Source of the DNA: a virus
Lineage: Duplodnaviria; Heunggongvirae; Uroviricota; Caudoviricetes
Virus record (IMG/VR): IMGVR_UViG_3300043467_001216
Strand: one strand, 5' to 3'
Length of the DNA stretch: 64,000 nt
This document shows, piece by piece, positions 54,332-61,461 of this stretch. The notes below the pieces were generated by a model. The model was not told the origin of the DNA. It worked only from the letters and a program-made list of their open reading frames with translations, and did no database searches. The translations under genes were made by a program, and so were the position numbers. Within the stretch, counting starts at the first letter, position 1. The number at the start of each line of letters is the position of its first letter.

Positions 54332-54805
54332 AAAATAATATTAACTGAGAATAAGTTAGATAAAATAATTGAAAAATATGGTATAGTTAAAACCATTAGA
54401 AATATTGGTGGGTATAAAAATTTTGATAAAATATACCCTGATTATTTTTATTCAGGTGATACATCACAATGGGATAGAGAACGTGTTATTAATTTTTTAA
54501 ATGAATGTGTTGAGGTTAATAACAGAATAGAAAATGAATCAAGTATTTATCTTCACGACTATTGGGAAGATATCTTATATCAAAGTTGGAGTGATTATAA
54601 TGAAGATGCTGGTAGAGAGTTTCAGTATGAATCTAGAATAATGTCTATTAGTACTGATTTTGCACATACTGAAGTGTGGCAATATGATGAGGAAGGTGAA
54701 ATGTTTGATGAAGCTTACGATTATAATGATATACCTTTGAATAGATTGGAAACTAGGTTTTTAAGTAAAATATTTGGGCAACTTTGGGGGGTATTTAAAT
54801 TATGA
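54329..54805 (+). CDS. hypothetical acidic protein
   Basis: N-terminus MKIILTENKLDKIIEKY; start inside the conserved 15-mer. Confidence 0.6.
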   Translation: MKIILTENKLDKIIEKYGIVKTIRNIGGYKNFDKIYPDYFYSGDTSQWDRERVINFLNECVEVNNRIENESSIYLHDYWEDILYQSWSDYNEDAGREFQYESRIMSISTDFAHTEVWQYDEEGEMFDEAYDYNDIPLNRLETRFLSKIFGQLWGVFKL

Positions 54806-55278
54806 AGTTATTAAAATTATTATCGACATTAATTACTGAGAGTAGGTTATTTGACAGATTTGTTGTCAACGGTCTTGTTGTTGATGTAACCAGCACTCGT
54901 GAGTCTGATGTTGCGGTAATGGATAATACAACATTCGGTAGAGTTCCCAAAGAAGAAATATTAGAATCAATGAGAGATATCATTGAAGTTATTGTAACAC
55001 AAGGATTGGTGGTATTAGATACTTGTGAAAGAAGATGTGGTTTATTAGTAAGTGATTATTCAATGGGGTTCGATTACCAACTTTGGGTAACATTGAAGAC
55101 TAATAAATTAGAATTGAAAATTAACACATCAATCAAACATCCAAAACAATTATTTAACGATAAACACAAAACAAGACGTGTTATCGTAACTAGAGACGGT
55201 GAGACCGTTATCAGAGAATCATTAGAACATTATCGTTCAGTTAAAATCGGAAAAAAAATCGTTTATTTTATAGACTAA
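54802..55278 (+). CDS. hypothetical protein
   Basis: ATGA overlap. Confidence 0.55.
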   Translation: MKLLKLLSTLITESRLFDRFVVNGLVVDVTSTRESDVAVMDNTTFGRVPKEEILESMRDIIEVIVTQGLVVLDTCERRCGLLVSDYSMGFDYQLWVTLKTNKLELKINTSIKHPKQLFNDKHKTRRVIVTRDGETVIRESLEHYRSVKIGKKIVYFID

Positions 55279-55337
55279 ATCGTAAATTATCTATAACTTT
55301 AGTCATAAAAGAAATTTTAGATTAAATACTAACGATT

Positions 55338-55535
55338 ATGAATAAGCATAGAATTAACATTATCAACAAACAGAGTAGTAGGTTGATACATAAGAACCAC
55401 TTAGATAGTTGTTTAGAACATTTATCAATCGCTCACTTTCACTTATCAAAACATCTTAAAGGTAAGAATGATATGGGGTTATTGACTAACATATTGAACT
55501 CATCTTTTGAGATAAAAAAACATTTAAAACGATGA
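55338..55535 (+). CDS. hypothetical protein
   Basis: 65-aa ORF. Confidence 0.45.
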   Translation: MNKHRINIINKQSSRLIHKNHLDSCLEHLSIAHFHLSKHLKGKNDMGLLTNILNSSFEIKKHLKR

Positions 55536-55958
55536 ATGGATAAAAAGATTGGATTTACGTGTTCCTGTTTTGATTTATTTCATGCGGGACATATTATGAT
55601 GCTTAAAGAAGCTAAAAGTGTTTGTGATTACTTAATAGTTGGTTTACAGAGTGACCCCACGTTAGACAGACCTGAGAAGAATAAACCTGTTCAAAGTATA
55701 GTTGAAAGATTTATTCAATTGGATGCTTGTAAGTATGTTGATGAGATTGTGGTTTATGCGACAGAAAAAGATTTAATGGACGTATTGTTATCGTATCCAA
55801 TCAATGTTAGGATTGTTGGGGATGAATACGCTGAAGTTAATTTTACAGGTAAAAACTTACAACATATTGAAATTTATTATAATACAAGACGACATTCATT
55901 TTCAACAACAGAATTAAGAAAACGAGTAATTGAATTATCAAATGGACAAAGTAAGTGA
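55536..55958 (+). CDS. cytidylyl/adenylyltransferase (RfaE domain II / TagD-like)
   Basis: CSCFDLFHAGHIMMLKEAK (HxGH motif), LIVGLQSD, VDEIVVY and FSTTELRKRV match the glycerol-3-P cytidylyltransferase / heptose-1-P adenylyltransferase family. Confidence 0.8.
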   Translation: MDKKIGFTCSCFDLFHAGHIMMLKEAKSVCDYLIVGLQSDPTLDRPEKNKPVQSIVERFIQLDACKYVDEIVVYATEKDLMDVLLSYPINVRIVGDEYAEVNFTGKNLQHIEIYYNTRRHSFSTTELRKRVIELSNGQSK

Positions 55959-56478
55959 TATATTGGTTAAACAATTTTCCTTGTCGGATGAGTTTAAAGA
56001 TTACATTCAAGATAATATTAATAATTCAGGTTGTTCTAACATTGAATTTTTAGAATTTAATAATGGTTTGTTTGGTGTTTCATTACACGATGGTATAATA
56101 CTAAATGATACGTTGTTAAAATATCCATTATCGTTATGTATTTTCATAATACTACACGAATTAACACACCAATTACAATTTAATAAATATGGTGTTGACA
56201 AGATGTATCTTTATTTAAATGATGTGAGTGATGATGAGGTTAGTGAATTCATTTTAAAACAAGAAATCGTTGCTGATAGATTGGCATCACTGAAAATACG
56301 TCAATTACAAAAGAAAGGTTTAATTAGTAAAGATTTTACACCAATACAGATTCATAAAAAGGTCGACCCAAAACTCTTTAAACAAAAGATTGTAAATTAT
56401 AGAAACCTGATGAGAGAACAAAACGTTAGAACACCTGACGATGTTAGTTGTTTTTTTAAATCATTAATATTATATTAG
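55942..56478 (+). CDS. HExxH zinc-metallopeptidase-like protein
   Basis: FIILHELTHQLQF; start moved from TTG 55930 to ATG 55942. Confidence 0.5.
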   Translation: MDKVSDILVKQFSLSDEFKDYIQDNINNSGCSNIEFLEFNNGLFGVSLHDGIILNDTLLKYPLSLCIFIILHELTHQLQFNKYGVDKMYLYLNDVSDDEVSEFILKQEIVADRLASLKIRQLQKKGLISKDFTPIQIHKKVDPKLFKQKIVNYRNLMREQNVRTPDDVSCFFKSLILY

Positions 56479-56482
56479 TAAA

Positions 56483-57196
56483 ATGAAAAAGAAAATTGTT
56501 GTATTCACAGGTGCTGGTGTTTCAAGAGAAAGTGGTGTCTTGACATTTAGAGATAGTGTGGATGGGTTATGGGAGAATCATAGTATTGATGATGTTTGTA
56601 CACCTTCAGGATGGAAAAAAGACCGTGAGAAGGTTTTGAATTTTTATAACGATAGACGAAGACAATTACCTACGGTTGAACCTAACTCAGCCCACACAGG
56701 TTTGGTTAAGTTAGAGGACAAATATGACGTAACAATCGTTACCCAAAATGTTGATGACCTACACGAAAGAGCGGGTTCATCTAAGATATTACATTTACAC
56801 GGTGAGTTGACTAAAGCCAGAGGTGCGATGTATAGTCATAAGACAAGTCCATTGGATAATATCGTGGTGATTGGTTATAATGATATTAACATTGGTGATA
56901 AGTGTGAGATAACAGGTTCACAGTTGAGACCCCACATTGTTTGGTTTGAAGAGATGCCATTCAACGTCGAGGAAAGTTATGACGCAATAACCGAATCTGA
57001 TGTGTTAATCATTATCGGAACTAGTTTGATGATTGGTTACACATTAAATCTATTATCAAGTGTTAGTGATGAGTGTAAGATTTATTATATTGACCCCCAA
57101 CCAAGTAGGTATTTGGACCATTTAGGTAAAGATATTACTTACATTGAGAAACCGGCAACGGAAGGTGTTGAATTAATTTTAAATGAATTGTTATGA
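56483..57196 (+). CDS. cobB: Sir2-family NAD-dependent protein deacylase (CobB type)
   Basis: VVFTGAGVSRESGVLTFRD, QNVDDLHERAG, HLHGE, RPHIVWFEE and IIIGTS are collinear with CobB; most zinc-module cysteines are absent. Confidence 0.9.
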   Translation: MKKKIVVFTGAGVSRESGVLTFRDSVDGLWENHSIDDVCTPSGWKKDREKVLNFYNDRRRQLPTVEPNSAHTGLVKLEDKYDVTIVTQNVDDLHERAGSSKILHLHGELTKARGAMYSHKTSPLDNIVVIGYNDINIGDKCEITGSQLRPHIVWFEEMPFNVEESYDAITESDVLIIIGTSLMIGYTLNLLSSVSDECKIYYIDPQPSRYLDHLGKDITYIEKPATEGVELILNELL

Positions 57197-57600
57197 AAAG
57201 AAATATACCTGATATGAAGAACCAATTGTTGTTCTATATGGATAAGTGGGGTGAAAAAGGAAACAAGTCTGACCGAACACCTGAAAAGTATGAGGAAACT
57301 ATGATTAATCTTGAGAAGAAGATTGAGAAGGATATGATTGAGGTTTTATCTAAAATGGGGATTAATGCCAGTGTTAAGACTGATAGATATTCATTACCAC
57401 ATCAGTTTCAAATTAAAACTACACAATACGGAGAATCATATTTGAATGGGGCATTCGAATCTGTTAAATTATATCGTGCGGTTTTAAAAGAAATGACTAC
57501 TTTGAATTTATATAAAATTAGATTTTATATTTTAGCCGAGGTCGAAGATTGTTTACCTATAGGTAAGGTTAATTATTACTTCAATTATTATATTCACTAA
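57193..57600 (+). CDS. hypothetical protein
   Basis: ATGA overlap with Sir2 gene. Confidence 0.55.
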   Translation: MKRNIPDMKNQLLFYMDKWGEKGNKSDRTPEKYEETMINLEKKIEKDMIEVLSKMGINASVKTDRYSLPHQFQIKTTQYGESYLNGAFESVKLYRAVLKEMTTLNLYKIRFYILAEVEDCLPIGKVNYYFNYYIH

Positions 57601-57613
57601 AAACAAATAAAAA

Positions 57614-57973
57614 ATGAAAAAATTAACATATCACGAAATTAAAGAACGTGAACTGAAAGTTGTTGAGAAGTATGATGACAAAGATTTCGATAGGTATATT
57701 AAATTATTAATACTTGCTAAAAAAATCTTCTCTGAAAAAATATTATGGGTTGTTAGTTTCATACCCTTTTTAATTATTTGGGGGATATTTTATTTATTTG
57801 GAGCCATTAAATTAGATTTACCAACTATCATCACTTTTGTTATTTCACATATGATATATTGGATATTTGCTGGTAAGAAAAGTACTCAAAAATTGATTAA
57901 TAATGTTGTTCCCGAATTAGAAATGGTTATTGATGCGATAAAAGAAATTAAAGAAGAACGTTTAAAAAAATAA
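57614..57973 (+). CDS. membrane protein
   Basis: two or three hydrophobic helices. Confidence 0.55.
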   Translation: MKKLTYHEIKERELKVVEKYDDKDFDRYIKLLILAKKIFSEKILWVVSFIPFLIIWGIFYLFGAIKLDLPTIITFVISHMIYWIFAGKKSTQKLINNVVPELEMVIDAIKEIKEERLKK

Positions 57974-57977
57974 TATT

Positions 57978-58466
57978 ATGTCAATAGATTTAGATAACCT
58001 CAAAAAACATATTGAGGAATTAAATAAAAAAACTGAAGCGATGATGCAAACTCCTGAGTGGGAAGAATATGCTAAATTAAAAAAAGATTTTGACGGGTTT
58101 GTTTCTCATATGAAACAACGAAGAATTGATAAACTATACACATACGTGATTGGTTTAATCAACGATTCAAGTTCATATGAGGTTAAAGTACGTAGACCTG
58201 CGGAAGATAAGATTGAGGAATGGTTGGAACGTCTTGATGGTCACAGAAGTAATTTATATCGTAATGGTCTTAAAAAAGGTTACATTGCTTGTGAATCTAA
58301 CGCTTTAGATTTATTGTGGGAAATGTTCAGTAAGTATGGTCTAAAAAGTGATTATTCTGACACTTTTACCGATGCCGCTTATACTCTTAATATCTACACA
58401 ATGGAAATGTATTCAGGTCAAGGTGAATATGGTTATCACATACATAAATTAACACAGGTATTATGA
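57978..58466 (+). CDS. hypothetical protein
   Basis: 162-aa ORF. Confidence 0.6.
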   Translation: MSIDLDNLKKHIEELNKKTEAMMQTPEWEEYAKLKKDFDGFVSHMKQRRIDKLYTYVIGLINDSSSYEVKVRRPAEDKIEEWLERLDGHRSNLYRNGLKKGYIACESNALDLLWEMFSKYGLKSDYSDTFTDAAYTLNIYTMEMYSGQGEYGYHIHKLTQVL

Positions 58467-58624
58467 GCGAATTAAGTATTTGGAACAAATTAAAGTTACG
58501 CATTGGTGCGGTGGCTTTCGGTATATTCATTTGGTCTATGGGAATGACTGATGAAGAATATTTTGATGCGATTTACGAACAAGAAAAAAAGTTAAAAGAA
58601 AAGACCGATGAGCAAGAGAATTAA
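58463..58624 (+). CDS. small membrane protein (53 aa)
   Basis: ATGA overlap; one hydrophobic helix; below cutoff. Confidence 0.3.
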   Translation: MSELSIWNKLKLRIGAVAFGIFIWSMGMTDEEYFDAIYEQEKKLKEKTDEQEN

Positions 58625-58790
58625 GATTAATTTTGAAACAGTTAATGAAGGTGAATACACAGTTATTCATCCGAAAGAAATTGCTGAAATAAATAGAAGG
58701 ATTAAAATTGAAATGACACCATTTATTGAGGAGTTTAAAAAGAAAGAATACGAATCTTGGTTACAAGCTGGTAAAACTATTATGAAATGA
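58608..58790 (+). CDS. hypothetical protein
   Basis: 60-aa ORF. Confidence 0.45.
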   Translation: MSKRIKINFETVNEGEYTVIHPKEIAEINRRIKIEMTPFIEEFKKKEYESWLQAGKTIMK

Positions 58791-59107
58791 GTTCAAAAAA
58801 AATCAAAATCGGTGACTCTCAATTCACATTTGTGTTAAGACATCGTTGGGAGAAAGGTAGTAAATCTATTTTAGATAATTACGATGCGAACAAGTTAAGA
58901 AAAGAATTATCACTAGGTGTTTGGTTTAAGAAAGATAAGGTCGTTGGTAGGGTTAAGAAGGGTTCAGACAAAGGTGAAACGGTAAAGAATACCTTCAATG
59001 TTGATAATATGGTTAATGATTACTACGTTGGTCTCAACTTGATTGTTTGTAAATTTTGGGTTAATTTTTCATTTAAACCAACATTTGGTTCGAATTATAA
59101 AGGATAA
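58787..59107 (+). CDS. hypothetical protein
   Basis: ATGA overlap. Confidence 0.55.
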   Translation: MSSKKIKIGDSQFTFVLRHRWEKGSKSILDNYDANKLRKELSLGVWFKKDKVVGRVKKGSDKGETVKNTFNVDNMVNDYYVGLNLIVCKFWVNFSFKPTFGSNYKG

Positions 59108-59110
59108 GAT

Positions 59111-59464
59111 ATGAGTGATTGGAAAGACGAAATTGAATTACCCTCAGATGATGAGTATTCAAAGTTTATGGATAAAATTACAGGTAAAGAGGGGTTTAAG
59201 AATGAAGCAATAAAAGTGTTGGACCATTATATCGGTTCAGAATTTGAAGAGACGTTAATGAAGAAGATACAATCTGATTTAGATGTTGTCTTAAATAACT
59301 ATTTGAAGGATGTCCCAATGTATAAAACAGATTTCCCAATTAGTTTTAACCACGATATCGGTGAATTTATTATATCCGAAAATGGGTATGTTGCATTTCT
59401 ACCTAAGAAAACTCCCCAATACATTGAAGTAAATATAACAATAAATAAAACAGGTGAATTATGA
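59111..59464 (+). CDS. hypothetical protein
   Basis: 117-aa ORF. Confidence 0.55.
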   Translation: MSDWKDEIELPSDDEYSKFMDKITGKEGFKNEAIKVLDHYIGSEFEETLMKKIQSDLDVVLNNYLKDVPMYKTDFPISFNHDIGEFIISENGYVAFLPKKTPQYIEVNITINKTGEL

Positions 59465-59537
59465 TATCAAGGTATATGATGATATAAAAAGTTTAACAGA
59501 AAATTTGGTTAGAGTTTTGAAATCAAAATAAGTTTTC

Positions 59538-59545
59538 TATATTTG
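59538..59545 (+). promoter_or_regulatory. Bacteroidetes-type -7 box
   Basis: TATATTTG 19 nt before ATG 59565; could also drive the downstream RNA array. Confidence 0.45.
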
Positions 59546-59564
59546 TAAGACAAAACACAGAGAT

Positions 59565-59831
59565 ATGGAAATTACACGCTTCGACAGACACGAATCAATG
59601 AACGATGAAACTCGTTCTGAAATCTTACAAGTAATTAGAACGTTATCATTTAGTGATGAGTCGTCTTTTAAACTTGAAAATTACTTATACGGTTTGTTCG
59701 ATGGGTATGATTACACACCATTCATCTTAAACTCTGAGGACTTCAAGAACATTAAGGACAAAGAGTTGACTGATAGAGTTACAAAAATCTTGGATGAGGT
59801 TAACAAATATCCAAGAGTGGTTTATAAATAA
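59565..59831 (+). CDS. hypothetical protein
   Basis: 88-aa ORF. Confidence 0.55.
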   Translation: MEITRFDRHESMNDETRSEILQVIRTLSFSDESSFKLENYLYGLFDGYDYTPFILNSEDFKNIKDKELTDRVTKILDEVNKYPRVVYK

Positions 59832-59836
59832 ATTAT

Positions 59837-59922
59837 TGTGTTGTTCCCTTGAGAAAGGAACTAGGGTAAAAACGGAGCATAGGAAGGGTGAAGATTGCTA
59901 CAACACAGAGGCTCTCAACCTC
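59837..59922 (+). ncRNA. structured leader preceding first tRNA-like element
   Basis: TGTGTT (59837-42) pairs with AACACA (59902-07), enclosing hairpin GTTCC-cttgagaaa-GGAAC; then hairpin GAGG-ctctcaa-CCTC. Confidence 0.35.
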
Positions 59923-59926
59923 AAAT

Positions 59927-60012
59927 AGTCAGGTAATGCGTAATGGGAAAACGGTTATCTCATCCAACTAAAAAGGGTTGCATCGTTGTGGGTTCGAGTC
60001 CCACCCTGGCTA
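59927..60012 (+). tRNA. tRNA-like RNA 1 (non-canonical core)
   Basis: acceptor AGTCAGG/CCTGGCT (U3-G70); perfect T arm GTGGG-TTCGAGT-CCCAC; D-loop-like TAATGGGAAAA; ATGCG/TGCAT helix replaces the D and anticodon stems; no CCA encoded. Confidence 0.45.
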
Positions 60013-60272
60013 CAACTTCGCTGGTTAATGGGGGTAGTTTGCATCTTGCAACTCAAGTGGTTAAGTTCGGCGTTAAGATATTAATCCTACTATGGTGATT
60101 GATTGAAATGTACGGCTCACACCAACCTCTGCAAGTTAAAACAAACTGTACTACACATTCAAAGATGGGTTACACAATAGAATTTATTCTATAAGATGCT
60201 GTGTCAAATTGAGATATGTGTAAGTATAACATCTGAAGTTTGCCTCAATGGTATTTTTAGTAAGATGTATTT

Positions 60273-60371
60273 AGTCAGGTGGCGTAATGGTAAAAGCGTT
60301 GGTCAGTGGGTTTAAACACCTAACGGTAAAAATGGGTACCAGATATACAGGTTCGAATCCTGTCCTGACTA
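60273..60371 (+). tRNA. tRNA-like RNA 2 (99 nt; 34-nt domain where the anticodon loop should be)
   Basis: AGTCAGG/CCTGACT acceptor; T arm ACAGG-TTCGAAT-CCTGT; TTGGT/ACCAG helix closes 34 nt; discriminator A. Confidence 0.5.
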
Positions 60372-60389
60372 CTGACAATAAAACTTTGG

Positions 60390-60442
60390 GGTCAGGGTTT
60401 TGTTGGCACTGAAAGGTGTGTGTTTTCAACGGTTCGAGTCCG
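60390..60442 (+). pseudogene. 3'-truncated tRNA-like fragment
   Basis: GGTCAGG 5' strand and CGG-TTCGAGT-CCG T-arm remnant but no 3' acceptor strand; abuts element 3. Confidence 0.4.
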
Positions 60443-60556
60443 AGTCAGGTGGCGGAATTGGTAGACGCTAACGGTGGTAAGTGTGATAGTCAGAGCTCGG
60501 GAACTCCTATCAAAAAGTTTGGTTCACACATACAGGTTCAAGTCCTGTCCTGACTA
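60443..60556 (+). tRNA. tRNA-like RNA 3 (114 nt; Leu-type D arm)
   Basis: AGTCAGG-TG-GCGGAATTGGTAGACGC is the class II tRNA-Leu 5' part; T arm ACAGG-TTCAAGT-CCTGT; core closed by GTGTGA/TCACAC; discriminator A. Confidence 0.55.
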
Positions 60557-60569
60557 CTAAAAATAAGAT

Positions 60570-60800
60570 ATGAATAATAGAGAACAAAAATTGATTGATT
60601 TAATGTTTGAAATGGTGTTAGTGACAACAAACGACCCCGTATTTTGTAAAAGACCAAGAGGTGAAAGAATGGCTTGGGTTGCAGATAATTTGAGGGGTTC
60701 GGGATTTGATACACATCCAATCGGAATGAGTTGGGGGGTTTTGGTTGACTCTTCATTCAGGGACACAATTGATGTTAAAACAGAAAATTTAGATAATTAA
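60570..60800 (+). CDS. hypothetical protein embedded in the RNA array
   Basis: 76-aa ORF between tRNA-like elements with normal amino-acid composition. Confidence 0.5.
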   Translation: MNNREQKLIDLMFEMVLVTTNDPVFCKRPRGERMAWVADNLRGSGFDTHPIGMSWGVLVDSSFRDTIDVKTENLDN

Positions 60801-60805
60801 CTAAC

Positions 60806-60949
60806 AGTCAGGTGGTGGAATGGTAGACGTGTAATGGGTGATTTGATTAATGGGGCCGTGAGACATCACATTAAATATGTTGACCATCCCCAAGAACCGA
60901 ATAAAATCGGTCTTTTCAAATCGTACAGGTTCGAATCCTGTCCTGACTG
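60806..60949 (+). tRNA. tRNA-like RNA 4 (144 nt; branched domain replaces the anticodon arm)
   Basis: AGTCAGG/CCTGACT; GGTGGAATGGTAGACG D region; 9-bp helix GTGATTTGA/TCAAATCGT abuts the T arm; inner helices TGGGG/CCCCA, GTGA/TCAC, ACCGA/TCGGT; discriminator G. Confidence 0.5.
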
Positions 60950-61119
60950 CTGAATTAGCCCTCTGGTGGTGCACCGCTAAGGAACGAAGATAGAGATTAC
61001 AGATATGGGTTGAAATAAAAAGACCTTCGGGTTTACACATATGTTGGCGTGGACGCTCTCCGAATCGTATGTCGGCATAGTTTGTGTGTTCTAGGGATAA
61101 TTTAAAAACACACATTTTT
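60950..61119 (+). ncRNA. structured spacer
   Basis: AGACC-TTCG-GGTTT (UUCG tetraloop hairpin); GTGTGTT/AACACAC 7-bp stem; GGTG-gtg-CACC; only a minus-strand shadow ORF. Confidence 0.3.
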
Positions 61120-61235
61120 AGTCAGGTGGCGGAAGGGATTGAGGTAACTCGGTCGTTGGTAGACGCACATATCCATACAGGGATGATGCAGTACTGTATT
61201 ACTGTGTCTTACAAGTTCGAATCTTGTCCTGACTA
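61120..61235 (+). tRNA. tRNA-like RNA 5 (116 nt; 21-nt hairpin inserted in the D loop)
   Basis: GGCGGAA[GG GATTGAG GTAA CTCGGTC G]TTGGTAGACGC; T arm ACAAG-TTCGAAT-CTTGT (compensated); TATCC-ATACAG-GGATG stem with 6-nt loop; variable hairpin CAGTA/TACTG. Confidence 0.55.
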
Positions 61236-61276
61236 CAAAAAATAACGAAGGTATTGTTTAATTAAATAAAAAAACA

Positions 61277-61284
61277 TATCTTTG
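61277..61284 (+). promoter_or_regulatory. Bacteroidetes-type -7 box
   Basis: TATCTTTG 12 nt before tRNA-like RNA 6. Confidence 0.45.
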
Positions 61285-61296
61285 AAATGTTAATAT

Positions 61297-61411
61297 AGAT
61301 AGGTGGCGGATGGGTAGACGCAGAGGTGAGGGGATATAGTAACACTCTGAAAGTAGCAGTCTCGTTACGTCCTACGGTGAAATCGAACAGGTTCGAATCC
61401 TGTCCTATCTA
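61297..61411 (+). tRNA. tRNA-like RNA 6 (115 nt; possible Leu-GAG with expanded loop)
   Basis: acceptor AGATAGG/CCTATCT (compensated relative to the others); D arm GCG-GATGGGTAGA-CGC; CAGAG/CTCTG closes a 19-nt loop that begins GU-GAG-G; T arm ACAGG-TTCGAAT-CCTGT. Confidence 0.55.
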
Positions 61412-61461
61412 CACTATAATGAATTTGGGTAACGATTTAGATACAAGAATTCATATAGTTA

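Noticed and set aside
54096-54805. Type III toxin-antitoxin locus (repeat RNA plus downstream toxin)
   Set aside because: The architecture is reminiscent, but there are only two long (92-nt) units. The downstream ORF has its own promoter-like motif and no similarity that I recognise to ToxN/AbiQ/CptN. I kept this only as an alternative hypothesis in the sRNA finding.
60801-61115. 104-aa minus-strand ORF, and the 69-72-aa minus-strand ORFs at 60538-60766
   Set aside because: They run antisense through the tRNA-like elements and structured spacer. Their composition is odd and there is no start context. I treat them as shadows of structured RNA.
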